Shown piece after piece: positions 37,473-49,744 of a stretch of DNA of 64,000 nucleotides. The position numbers were made by a program, and so were the translations under genes. The stretch comes from Mobula hypostoma (Eukaryota). The notes beneath the pieces were generated by a model that saw only the letters and a list, made by a program, of their open reading frames with translations, searched no databases and was not told the origin of the DNA. Where the stretch lies: positions 252,528,001 through 252,592,000 of the forward strand of contig NC_086097.1 of assembly GCF_963921235.1 (NCBI RefSeq). Reading direction: 5' to 3'. Position 1 is the first letter of the stretch, and each line of letters begins with the position of its first letter.

Positions 37473-38333
37473 ACGAGGTGACCAGGAGTGTGGTCTAACC
37501 AGTGTTTTATAGAGCTGCAGCATTTCCTCACAGCTGTAGCAGTAGCAGCAGAAGAGCAATGTTGATGAACCCGAAGGTACTCTGGCCACAAGTACTCAGA
37601 GGAGGGGACAACTTCCTGCCTCTTGAAGTATGGAATCCTGCTGCCGTCTTGCAAAGATAAAGTTAAGAAGGGATTAGCTGCTACGTAGAGAGAGCATATA
37701 GATGGAGTATGCTCTTTAAGCTCCTAGGTCTCCCAATCAATGAACAAAAGAGAGATTTGATATGTCTTTTCTATAGATAACATCAGTTAAGACCCATTTT
37801 GCTGTGAATAGATAGCAAATCAGTACTTCCAGTCTGGCATTCGTATTACATTTCAAAATACCTAAAAAATGAGGGTCAATTATTTCCTGCTATTTTTCTT
37901 AATCTTGACATACAACTAACTGGATCTTTTAAACTACCTGACAAGAAATAATCAGCTTCTAATGTACTTCAGGTTGTGTTTGAGCTCTAACTGATCTCAC
38001 GATGTACATGTATCTAATTAGCTCAATCCCCGTGTCCTCTGAAAGAAAGTTTGGACGTTCTTCCCATCTGCAGGTGCGTGTTCTCTGGGTGCTCTGGTTT
38101 CCTCCAACGGTCCAAAGATGTACTAGAATAGAACTTTGTTATCATCGTTCAAGGTGAGAATGCGATGCAGGTTCATTGTAAATTGTCATGTGAACAGGCG
38201 AGGGTTAAATAGGTAGGTTGCTGGGTGGCAGGGCATGAAGGGCCGGAAGGGGTTAATCTGTACTGTATCACTGAATAAAATAAATATATACAACATATGG
38301 CCTTTTGCCCTTCAGTATCATACAGGATACCTA

Positions 38334-38891
38334 CACTCAGTGGCTACTTTATTAGTTACAGGAGGTACCTAATAAGATGGCCACTCAGTGTATGTTCATG
38401 GTTTTCTGCTGCTGTAGCCCATCCAATTCAAGGTTCGATGTGTTGTGCGTTCAGAGAAGCTCTTCTGCACACCACTGTTGTAATGCATGTTTTTTATGAG
38501 GTACTGTTGCCTTCCTGTCAGCTTGAAGCAGTCTGGCCGTTCTCCTCTGACCTCTCTCATTAACAAGACATTTTCACCTGCAGAACTGCTGGTCATTGGA
38601 TGTTTTTTTGGTTTTTGCACCATTCGCTATAAACTCTAGAGTCCATTGAGCATGAAAATCCCAGATGATCAGCAGTTTTGAAATATTCAAACCATCCCAT
38701 CCAGCACTAACCATCATTCCAGGGTCAAAGCCACTTAGATCATATTTCTTCCTCATTCTGATATTTGGTCTGAACAACAACTAAACCTCTTGATAATGTC
38801 TGCATACTTTTATTCATTGAGTTGCTGCCACGATTGGTTGATAAGATATTTGCATGAATATGCAAGTGTACGAATGTGTGGCGACTGAACG
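38334..38891 (-). mobile_element. Non-autonomous Tc1/mariner element
   Basis: TA|CACTCAGTGG terminus. Peptide MRKKYDLSGFDPGMMVSAGWDGLNIS is a Tc1 paired-like N-terminus. Confidence 0.75.
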
Positions 38892-38948
38892 TATGTTCTA
38901 TGTTCTCACAAAATTCACAATCATTCAACACCCCTACCATTAAGTGGG

Positions 38949-39613
38949 GTCTGTCTTTCCAGCTGGAGGTGAGGGGGGTCCCCAATGGAAGTCCCTTTAC
39001 GAGGGGGTTCTTCCCACACACCTTGGCGATCTCGGCTGGAGGGTGCTGCATAGAGTGGTGCCCTGCAATAAGTCCTTTAGTCTGTACACAGATCTCCCAG
39101 CCGCATGCCACTTCTGTGTGCTGGAGGAGACCGTGTACCATATGTACATGGAGTGTGCCAGGCTGCGGCCCCTTTTTGCGTACTTGTGTGGGCTGCTCTC
39201 GCCTTCTGGTTGCATTTTAGCCCCACTCTATTTATATATGGTCATCCAGTAAGGAGGGGGGCACAGAGGGATGAAGATGTCCTTGTCAACTTGCTCCTGG
39301 GGCTAGTGAAAACAGCCATCCGTGGCTCTTGGAAACGGGTGGTGGGAGGATCTCCCCGGGCAGACTGCCTGGCAATGCTTAGGGGGTATGTTCGTGCTTG
39401 GGTGAATATTGAAAAGGAACACGCGCAGTCCACGGCGACTGTAGAGGTGTCCCGGGAACGTTGGGCTCCGTGGGTAATTGCTATCATTGATAGAGATGGT
39501 AATATTTTGGTTTAGTGTGTATTGTCTATTTGTAGTGAAGTAATTGTGTTAGTCACTGTTTTGTATATATTGTATAGCACCGATATTTGTAATAAAGAAT
39601 TTTGTAAAAAAAA
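38949..39613 (+). mobile_element. 5'-truncated Tx1/L1-clade LINE
   Basis: C-terminal zinc knuckle CHFC.LEETVYHMYMEC, AATAAA and a poly(A) tail. 13-bp TSD ACCATTAAGTGGG at 38936-38948 and 39614-39626. Confidence 0.9.
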
Positions 39614-39879
39614 ACCATTAAGTGGGTCTACACTGGAGCCATGAGCAAGTAGGATGCAGCCTCCTGTAGCTCCAGCAGATTTGATGTTAAAACTTCATTT
39701 ACACAAAGTCAATTTGAGGTTTAGGGTGGCAAACGAAGGGGAGGTGCTCTTCAATACATACCAGAAGGAGGGAGAGTGAAGGAGTGCACTACAAAATGCC
39801 GAGAAGAGGAATGGCTAAGGCAGAGACGAAGGAAGAAACAGGCTCAAATACCCATCGAATCAACCCAGTCACTTACTGT

Positions 39880-40497
39880 CTTCAGCTGCCACTATTCCTC
39901 CAGATCCATGTGTCCTGCATCAAGCCCGTTGTCCGTGGACCACTTAACCCAGCTGAGCATCCACCTCTAGAACCCAGGATGGTGGAAGGTAGTCCAGTGT
40001 ACATGGTTCGCTGGTTGGTGGGTTCACATTGTCAAGGTCAGGGTATGCAGTACCTGGTCAACTGGGATGGGTACGACCCAGAGCAGAGACCTTGGGTGCC
40101 GTACGGTAAACTCCTGAATCCACCGTTCATTGAGGAGTTCTACCAGACCCATCCAGATCATCTTGGGTAATCAGGTGCTGGTTGTAGAAAAGTGGGGTTG
40201 GAATCCTGTCAAGCCTGCATGGGCAGTCACCTCCCAGTTTCCACTCAACTAACAGGAATCACTTGCCACTCATTTCCAACTCGTCACTGCAGCCTATTTA
40301 ATCCCAACTCTCATCCACAACACCTTTTCACTCATGCAAACCATCTGACCTCAACAGTTGGTCCTAGCCTTTAGTCACCTTTTTAACTTGTGTTAAGTAT
40401 CTGTTTACTTTTATTTTATGGCCCTTGTGTTACCATCACTGTTAAATCTTCTCCACTACTCTGCTTTTGGGTCAAGCCTCCTCTACATTCCTTGACA
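39880..40497 (+). mobile_element. Gypsy (chromovirus-type) 3' remnant: integrase chromodomain, purine tract and 3' LTR
   Basis: Peptide HVSCIKP...QYLVNWDGYDPEQRPWVP. Purine-rich tract near 40186-40203. LTR 40207-40497 is bounded by the perfect inverted 7-mer TGTCAAG/CTTGACA. Confidence 0.85.
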
Positions 40498-40639
40498 TAT
40501 TTCCCATTGGCATTTCTTATTTTAGATTTTCACCTTTTGCAACCTGCACACCTAACTGAAAAAAAATGGCATTACAATTATTACCACATTAAAGTCAAAA
40601 ATAATCGTGGCTCATGAGTGAAAATTCATGTGAACCTCT

Positions 40640-41704
40640 GTGAAACTCAGGAGGCAATAATGATAACGTGATAGAATTCGCCTTGCAGTTTGAGAGGGAG
40701 ACAACAAAGTCAGATGTATCAGTACTACAGTGGAATAAAGAGAACTACAGAGGTATGAGGGAGGAACTGGCCAAAGTTAATTGGAAGAGGACACTAGCTG
40801 GGATGACAGCAGAACAGCAATGTCTAGAGTTTCTGGGGGTACTTTGGAAGGTGCAGGATAAACACATTGAAAGATGAAGAAGTATTCTAAAGGCAGGATG
40901 AGGCAACTGCAGCTGATGAGGAAAGTCAAAGCCAGCATACAAGGGAAAGAGAGCACTTATAATAGTGGAAGTTAGAGGATTGGGAAGCTGTTAAAATCCA
41001 ACTGAAGGCAATAAAAGCCACAAGGAGAGAAAAGCCGAAATATGAAGGTATGCTAGCCAATAATGTAAGAGGATACCAAAAGTATTTTAAAATGTATAAT
41101 GAGAAAAGGGAGGTGGGAGTAGATATCGGGCTCCTGGAAAGTGACACTGGAGAGGTCGTAATTGGTTGAGCTCGGGTAGTTTGCATCCATCTTCACTGTG
41201 GAAGACATGAGCAGTATGCCAGACATTCAAGACTGTTGGGGCAGAAATATGTGAAGTTGACATTACTAGGGAGAAGGATTTTGGGAAACTGAAAGTTCTG
41301 AAGTCATCTGGACCAGATGGTGTATACCCGAGGGTTCTGAAAGAGGTGGCTGAAGAGGTTGTGGAGGCATTAAAAATGTTTTTTTGGAATACTTGGAGGC
41401 ACATGATAAAATAGGCTTAAGATACCATGGTTTCCCTTAAGGGCAAATCTTGCCTGACAAACGTGTTGGAATTCTTTGAGAAAATAACAGACAAAATAGA
41501 CAAAAGAGAGTCAGTGGATGTCGTTTAGTTGGATTTTCAGAAGGCCTTCGACAAGGTGCTGCACATGAGCTGCTTAACAAGATTACAGGAAAGATATTAG
41601 CAAGGATAGAAGATTAGTTGACTGGCAGGTGGTAAAGAGTGGGAATAAAGGGAGCCTATTTTGGTTGGCTGCTGGTAACTAATAGTGTTCCACAGGGGCT
41701 GGTG
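40640..41704 (+). mobile_element. Heavily decayed CR1 ORF2 fragment
   Basis: Remnants of WNKENYRGMREELAKVNW, DFQKAFDKV and VPQGLV. Confidence 0.75.
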
Positions 41705-41838
41705 ATGATGTACCAAGTCTCCTTAAATGAAATGCAACCTCATGAAACAAATGTACCGCTCAGGTCTATTGGCTCGTGTTTATCTAGGGGAAACCCCGTC
41801 CGCCCGCCAAACCGTGTCTCACGGTTGCGTTGTTGCTG

Positions 41839-42385
41839 TGTAATGCGCCCTGGTACAAACTCACACATCAAATATCAGACAGCACACAATGTATGATTTA
41901 CAGATTACACTTTATAAATCTCACTGGAACTATGTAATTAATAGAGATACAATATAAAAGAGAAAGTAAAAGGCGCCAGACTTATCAGAGTTCAACCGCT
42001 TCGTGCACTACTGTTGGAGCTCAGTTAACGGTGTCCTCTTTCCACCATGAGATCCCCTCCGACCTCCTCAACTCACCACTGGGGACGAACCACAGTGGTC
42101 GACCAGAGCGCGTCCAGCACGTCCTTCCTCTTCGGGTCTCCTCCTGAAAGCCCCCAAACCACACGGTTCTCACCCATATGAGACAGAATATCACCCACAA
42201 AAAGAATAACATGGACACTCGTTGGTTCGTTCCATCTCTTATCAATAATATAACCCAAACAAGCAGAGAGAGAGAGAACTCCTTACATCGCAGTTATTAT
42301 TACAGAAAAGCCATTTTTATTATAACCTAACAAAGAAGCTATTTTATGAGCCTTCGCAGTAACATAAAAGAAGAAACCCCTTACA
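41839..42385. mobile_element. Probable LTR
   Basis: TGTAA...TTACA inverted termini and a CpG-retaining interior. No TSD seen. Confidence 0.5.
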
Positions 42386-42697
42386 CATAAGCCGGAGTAA
42401 GCCTCAATGGTGACTGTGAGAATACAATAGGACCGTAAGAACATGAAAGTCATGTGAATGCAGGGGCTGGTCTCATGAAGAGTGGTGGTTATTGGTTTGG
42501 TGATTTGGACTGGTGCTAATGAATTTATCCACACTGTAACATTCTAGTGGTGGAGTGGGTATTCCAATAGTGCAGTTGGAGCTCAGGTGAAGTTTCCCAG
42601 GACCTCACTGATGGTCTTAATCACAGAAGAGCCCCGGATCAGGCAGAGTGGGGAGGTGTGCTGTGGTGAAAGGAGCCTGCCCTTATCTAGATAAGTT

Positions 42698-43412
42698 CAG
42701 TGGATTATGAGCCATTAGTTAATTGGGGCAGCTGTTTATCTGGGACAACTCTTAAAGCACAAAAACTAGTCAAGAAAATAGCCTGGATTCCTTTTTGGGA
42801 TACTATGCCACTTAATTGCTACAGGAGACTGTTGCCAAACAGTTTAACTAGTATCAGTCGCATGCACTTGTGTGGCTGTTAGACTCTACACCGTGCTTAG
42901 AGCAAACAATTTTTAAATAGCATTAGGTACATGTGTTTGTGTTCAAAAACTAGTGATTTTTATCACTGATAGTTGGTGAGAAATAAGAACTACTTCAACA
43001 AGTTAGGAACAATGAAACTGTGAATAATTTGAAGGTATCAGCAATAATCTTGAATGTTACAATGAAAATAAAGATCTGGAGGATGCAATTACATGAAGGC
43101 AGCCCATTATCTTCACTAGGTGTCTGTGCTGATTTTATTTATTTACAGTCAGTCAAAAGAACACAGCAGCTACACTGGATGAATTCCTCTGTCGACAACT
43201 ATTTGGAACTAATATACAGTTTTATAGTACTGTAGAAATATTGGTAGTGTTCTAATTTGTCCTGTACATATTTTGTTCCTCACTTAAATGATAGTTTGTC
43301 TTTTTCTAAATCTTTTTAACAATTTCTATGGAATTTAAGCTAACTGGAGCAGCCGCTTAATTGGGCAAAAATGTACTGGTCCCGATGTGGCCCAATTAAC
43401 TGGAACCCCCTG
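42698..43412. mobile_element. Tigger/pogo-like non-autonomous DNA transposon remnant
   Basis: Left end CAGTGGATT...GTTAATTGGGGCAGCTG is imperfectly inverted with right end CAGCCGCTTAATTGGG...CCCAATTAACTGGAACCCCCTG. Confidence 0.5.
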
Positions 43413-43927
43413 TGTTTTGTGAAGATATTTGTGGACAAATTTATGGATCCCTCAACAGTGTTATTGAACCTCTACTGTTTTACAAATTTGGCTCAGTTAA
43501 GCTGTCAAATTTGAAATGGTTTGAATTTATTTGCACCCTTGGAACTCTTTCCCATGAGTTAATGAGGCACCAATATAAGCTCAGTGCTGTTATTTCTGGC
43601 AAGCACCATTTTGACTTCTAGGCAAATATCTCTTAGTGGTCTCCATTTTTTTCTTCAGTAGTCTATTGCAAATAATAAACTACAGGAAATACATCATCTC
43701 TTTTAATTTGGGAGCTAAGGTAAGGCCTGCCAAAGACAATATAACACAATCTTCAGTAATGAACAGCCGAAGTGTATAAAATTTCATGGAGTGTGAATGG
43801 TCATTATCCCACGTTAGCTCATGTTGGCTGAACCTGCACCAACTGATCACATTTCTGCGAGGTGTAGCACTTCCATTGGGCACTGCATTAATCATTTGGG
43901 GAGATGCAAACTGTAACTGCAACATAC

Positions 43928-45318
43928 AGACCCTGTTGGTATGTAATGGGTGGCACGGTGAGACCCTACTGGTATGTAAAGGATAGCATGGTGAGACCCT
44001 TTAGGTATGTAATGGGTGGCACGGTGAGACCATATTAGTATGTAACGGGTGGCACGGTGAAACCCTATAGGTATGTAACGGGTGGCACAATGAGACCATA
44101 TTGCTATGTAACGGGTGGCACGGTGAGACCATATTGGTATGTAACGGGTGGCACGGTGAGACCCTATTGGTATGTAACGGGTGGCATGGTGAAACCCTAT
44201 AGGTATGTAATGGGTGGCACGGTGAGACCATATTGCTATGTAATGGGTGGCACGGTGAGACCCTATTGTTATGTAATGGGTGGCACGGTGAGACCCTATA
44301 GGTATGTAACGGTGGCACGGTAAGACCCTATTGCTATGTAATGGGTGGCACGGTGAGACCATATTGGTATGTAACGGCACGGTGAAACCCTATAGGTATG
44401 TAATGGGTGGCACGGTGAGACCATATTGCTATGTAACGGGTGGCATGGTGAGACCATATTGGTATGTAATGGGTGGCACGGTGAGACCCTATTGGTATGC
44501 AACGGGTGGCACGGTGAAACCCTATAGGTATGTAATGGGTGGCACAGTGAGACCCTATTGCTATGTAATGGGTGGCACGCTGAGACCCTATAGGTATGTA
44601 ACGGTGGCACGGTAAGACCCTATTGCTATGTAACGGGTGGCACGGTGAGACCATATTGGTATGTAATGGGTGGTATGGTAAGACCATATTGGTAGGTAAC
44701 GGGTGGCAGGGTGAGACCCCATTGGTATGTAACGGGTGGCACAGTGAGACCCTATTAGTTTGCAATGAGTGGCACGGTAAGACCATATTGGTATGTAACA
44801 GGAGGCACGGTGAGAACATATTGGTGTGTAACGGGTGGCACGGTGGGACCATATTGGTATGTAACAGGTGGTATGGTAAGACCATATTGGTATGTAACAG
44901 GTGGGATGGTAAGACCATATTGGTGTGTAACGGGTGGCAAGGTGGGACCCTATTGGTATGTAATGGGTGGGATGGTAAGACCATATTGGTATGTAACGGG
45001 TGGCACAGTAAGATCATATTGGTATGTAATGGGTGGTATGGTAAGACCATATTGGTGTGTAACGGGTGGGATGGTAAGACCATATTGGTGTGTAACTGTG
45101 GCATGGTGAGACCATACTGGTATGTAACGGGTGGCATGGTAAGACCATATTGGTATTTAACGGGTGGCAGGGTGACACCCTATTGGTATGTAATGGGTGG
45201 CACGGTGAGACACTATTGGTATGTAACAGGTGGCACGGTGAGACTATATTGGTATGTAATGGGTGGAACGTTGAGACCCTGTTAGTATGTAACGGGTGGA
45301 ATGGTGAGACCCTGTTGG
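43928..45318. repeat. About 33-bp minisatellite, roughly 42 units
   Basis: Consensus GGTATGTAACGGGTGGCACGGTGAGACCATATT. It produces the repetitive ORFs between 43892 and 45285. Confidence 0.97.
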
Positions 45319-45855
45319 AGTATTGTGTGCAGTTTTGGTCATCTACCTACAGGAAAGATCTTCATAAGGTTGAAAGAGTTTTGAAAAAAATTACAAGGAT
45401 GTTGCCAGGACTTGAGGACTGAGTTATAGAGAAAGTTTGAATAGGTTAGGTCTTTATTTCCCAGAAGGTACAAGAATTAGGGGAGATTTAATAGAGTTAT
45501 ACAAAATTATGACAGGTTTAGATAAGTTAAATGGAAGCTGGAATTTTCCCCTGAAGTTGGGTGAGACTACAACTAGAGATCATGGGTTAAGGGTGAAAGG
45601 TGAAATGTTTAAGGAGAACATGAGGTGGACTTCTTCACTCAGAGCATGGTGAGAGTCTGGGATGAGCTGCTGGAGGAAGTGGTGGATGTGGGTTTGATTT
45701 CAACAGTTAAGAGAAATTTGGATAGGTACATGGATGGGAGGGGTATGGAGGGCTAGGGTCCGGTTGCAGGTTGATGGGTCTAGGCAGATTAACAGTTCAG
45801 CACATACTAGATGGGCCAAAGGGTCCCTTTCTCTGCTGTAGTGTTCTATGACTCT
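45303..45855 (+). mobile_element. CR1 3' fragment abutting the minisatellite
   Basis: LEYCVQFWSSTYRKD peptide followed by a CR1 3' UTR. Confidence 0.85.
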
Positions 45856-46934
45856 GTCACCATAACACCTGGGAGCAGAATTAGGCTATTCAGCCTATCA
45901 AGGCCACTCCATCGTGGCTGATCGTCCCGCTCAACCCTATACTCCTGCCTTCTTCCTGTAACCTTGGACACCCTGAATAATCAATGATTACGTTAGATAT
46001 ACTCAATGACTTGACCTCCACAGCCGTCTGTGCCAATGAATTCCACAGATTCACCGCACAAAAGAAATTCCTCTTGAGGCTTGATCTAAAGGGATTACTA
46101 GGGGTGATAGTAGAGACAGATACATTAGGGGACATTTAAGAGACTCTTGGATAGGCATAAGGATGATAGAAAAGTGGAGGGTTATTAGGAGGGAAAAGTT
46201 AGATTGGTAGAGCAGGTTAAAAGGTTGGCACAACATTGTGGGCTAAAGGGCCTGTACTGTTCTATGTTCTGTATTTAATTATCATTTCGGTCTGCAGGGC
46301 TGTGAATATGAAGTTAGGGATTTGAAAACAGAAACTTGCTTCCTGATTCCATAAAACCAAAACTAAAGCCAAAAGGTCAAAATTAAGCTCAGATTTAAAT
46401 GGCAAAGTCCGAATGTGAATATTTAATGGGAAAACTATTTACACTCGGTAATTCAAACAGAGATGAAACACCTCGGGGACAGCACGGTAGCATAACTGTT
46501 AGCATATCGCTATTGCAGTACCAATGATCCAGGTTTAATTCTTGCTGCTGTCTGTAATGAATTTGTATGTTTTCCCCATGACTGTGTGGGTTTCCTCCCG
46601 ATGCTCTGGTTTCCTCCTATATTCCAAAGGCATTCCAGTCTTTAGTCACATGGGTGTAATTTGTTGGTGTGGGCTCGCCGGGCCAGGAAGGGCCTGTTTC
46701 TGTGCTGTATATCTAAATAGAGATAAATCCATAAAAATGTTTCACTGGAAACTTGTTTTCAATATTTCTCTCAGTAGAACTGTGTAAAAAACTATAACAT
46801 AACTGCAAGCAACATGCACAAGATGCTGGAGGAACTCAGCAGGTCACGCACTATCTATGGAGACAGTTAATGTTTTGGGCCGAGACACTGCAACAAAACC
46901 CGAGCTTCCTCAGGACAAAACTTAGAGAAAAACA

Positions 46935-48855
46935 AACGAGAAAATCTGCAGATGTGGAAATCAAAGAAATACACACAAATTGATGGAGGAACTCAGCAGG
47001 CCAGGCAGCATCTATGGAAAGGAGTAAACAGTCGACATTTTGGCCAAGACCCTTCATCAGGACTGGGAAAAAAAGAGATGAAAAGTCAGATTAAGAAGGT
47101 GAGAGAAGAGAGGAAGAGTGGGAAAGGGAATGGGGAATGATGAAGGGGGAGGGCATTACCGGAAGTTCTTGAAACCAATGTTCATGCCATCAGCCCTGAC
47201 TAAGGGTCTTGGCCCAAAACGTCGACTGTACCTTTTCCTAGAGATGCTGCCTGGCCTGCTGTGTTCACTAGCAACCTTTATGTGTGTTGCTTGAAATTCC
47301 AGCATTTGCAGATTTCCTCATGTCCATGCCATCAGGTTGGAGGCTACCAAGACAGAATATAAGGTGTTGCTTCTCCAACCTGAGTGTGGCCTCATCGCAG
47401 CAATAGAGGAGGCCATGGCCGACATGTCGGAATGGGAATGGGAAGTAGAATTGAAATGGGTGGCCACTGGGAGATCCTACTCGCCTGGCAGATGAAGCAT
47501 AGGTGCTCGGCGAGGTGGTCTCCCAATCTACATCTAGTCTCACCAATAAACAGGAGGCCACACTGGGTGCAATGGATACAGTAGATGATCCCAACAGACT
47601 CACAGGTGAAGTATTGCCTCACCTGAAGGACTGTTTGCGGCCCTGAATGGTCGTGAGGGAGGAGGTGTAGGTGAAGGTGTGGCACTTGTTCTGTTTGCAA
47701 AGATAAGTGCCAGGAGGGAGATCAGTGGGGAGAAACAAATGGACAAGGGAGTCACGTAGGGAACGATCCCTGCAGAAAGCAGAAAATGGGGGGAAGGGAA
47801 AGATATGCTTGGTGGTGGAAGTTACAGAGAATTATGTGCTGGATGCAGAGGCTGGTGGGATGGTAGGTGAGGACAAGAGGAACCTATCTCTGGTGGGTTG
47901 GCGGGTGGATGGGGTGAGGGCAGATGTAAGTGAAATGGAAGAAATGTGGGTGAGGGCAGTGTTGATGGTGGAAGAAGGGAAGCCCCTTTCTTTGAAGAAG
48001 GAGGACATCTCATTAATTCTAGAATAAAAAGCCTCATCCTGAGAGCAGATGTGATGGTGATGGAGGAATTGAGAGAAAGGGTTAGCATTTTTACAAGTGA
48101 CAGGGTGGGAAGAGGTATATTCCAGCTATCTGTGAGAATCAGTGGGTTTGTAAAAAGATATCAGTGGATAAACTCTCTCCAGAGATCGAGAAAGGGGAGG
48201 GAGGTGTCAGAAATGGACCGGGTAAACTTGAAAGCAGGGTGGAAGTTGGAGGCAAAGTTGATGAAATTGACGAGCTCAGCATAGGTGCAGGAAGCAGCAC
48301 TAATGCAGTTTTTGATATAGTGTAGGAGAAGTTGGGGAGTGATACTGGTGTAGGCTTGGAACATGGACTGTCCCACCTAGCCATGAAAAAGGCAGGCATA
48401 GCTGGGCCCCATGTGAGTGCCCATGGCTACACCTTTGGCTTGAAAGAATGGGAGGAGTCAAAGGAAAAACTATTGAGAGTGAGGACCAATTCTGCCCGAC
48501 AGAGGAGAGTGGTGGTGGAGGGGAACTGGTTGGGTCTGGTGTCCAGAAAGAAAAGAAGAGTTTTGGGGGCCTTCCTGGTGGGGATAGAGGTGTATAGGGA
48601 CTCGACATTCATAGTGAAATTGAGATATTCATGGCTAGAGAGCTTAAAGTGATTGAAAAGATTAAGAGCCTGTGAAGTGTCATGGATGTAGGTAGGAAGG
48701 GACTGAACCAGGGAGATAAAACAGAGTCAAGGTAGGCAGATGTAAGTTCAGTGGGGCAGGAATTAGTAGAAACAATGGGTCTGTCTGGACAGGAGGTTTT
48801 TGGATCTTGGGAAGGAAGTAAAAATGGGAAGTGCAGGGGTAAGGGAACTATGAGG
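46935..48855 (-). mobile_element. Decayed Penelope-like element (partial RT + GIY-YIG + terminal repeat)
   Basis: RT motifs NVESLYTSIP and MGTHMGPSYACLF, with catalytic YIDD changed to YIKN. GIY-YIG reads IIYCIHCTQCGLLFIGET. Confidence 0.9.
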
Positions 48856-49744
48856 ACAAAAACTACAAGCTTTTAATAATTTGTCAGGCACATTTTATGC
48901 TGAGATTATCATTGCTTTACATTTCCTATTCCTTTTGTGTTTCATTTTTATTTATCAATTTTATTTTTTATTTAGAGATACAGCATGGAACAGGTGCTTC
49001 CTGCCCTTTGCACCATGCCACCAGCAACTCACCAATTTAACCCTAGCCTAATTATGAGATAACTTACTAACTGGTATGGCTTTGAACAGTGGGAGGAAAC
49101 CCAAGCACCTGGAGAAAACCCACACACTCATGGAAAGGACGTATAAACTTCTTACAGAGAATGGCAAAATTGAGCTCTGAACTCCCACTGTAATAGCAAG
49201 CTATAACAGTATTGCGCCAACCGCTATGCTACTGTGGCATCCAATATCTTCATTGCTGAAGTTAAGCCTCAGCCATGTTCACACAAAGATTTGTAACAGA
49301 TGTTTTCTATCTTACCTTCATGAATTACCCTGACGATAGCTCAGAAATTCCACACTTCTGTTCCATAAACCAGAGTAGTGTTTAAAAACCTTGAATTAGG
49401 ACGCGGGTGTCTGTTTTCAAAGTCGTAACTTCATATTCACAGCCTTTACCCTGTCTCGTGTATCTTGACAGCTATTAGGTTCTGTTCTGTCACTTTTAAT
49501 TTCGATCCTCATCCTGCTATTTACTTCCAAAGGGCATTTTGGAAGTTGGGAAATGGATGAAAACATATTAGAAAGTTATTTACCAATTTTACATACTTGA
49601 CATAGATGAATGAGTTCTTTTTTTACCAACTAATTTGAAGTCGAAGTAATGTATTATCAAGGTACATATATGTCACCATATACTACCTTGAGATTCATTT
49701 TCTTGTGGGCAGTTATAGGAAAATAAAGAAGTACAATAGAATTC

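Noticed and set aside
39784..40170. Host chromodomain protein exon
   Set aside because: It is followed directly by a purine tract and a TG...CA LTR, so it is a chromovirus integrase tail.
43928..45318. CRISPR-like array or repetitive protein gene (ORFs of 220-267 aa)
   Set aside because: Units are contiguous with no unique spacers, there are no cas genes, and the context is eukaryotic. The ORFs arise because the unit is 33 nt long.
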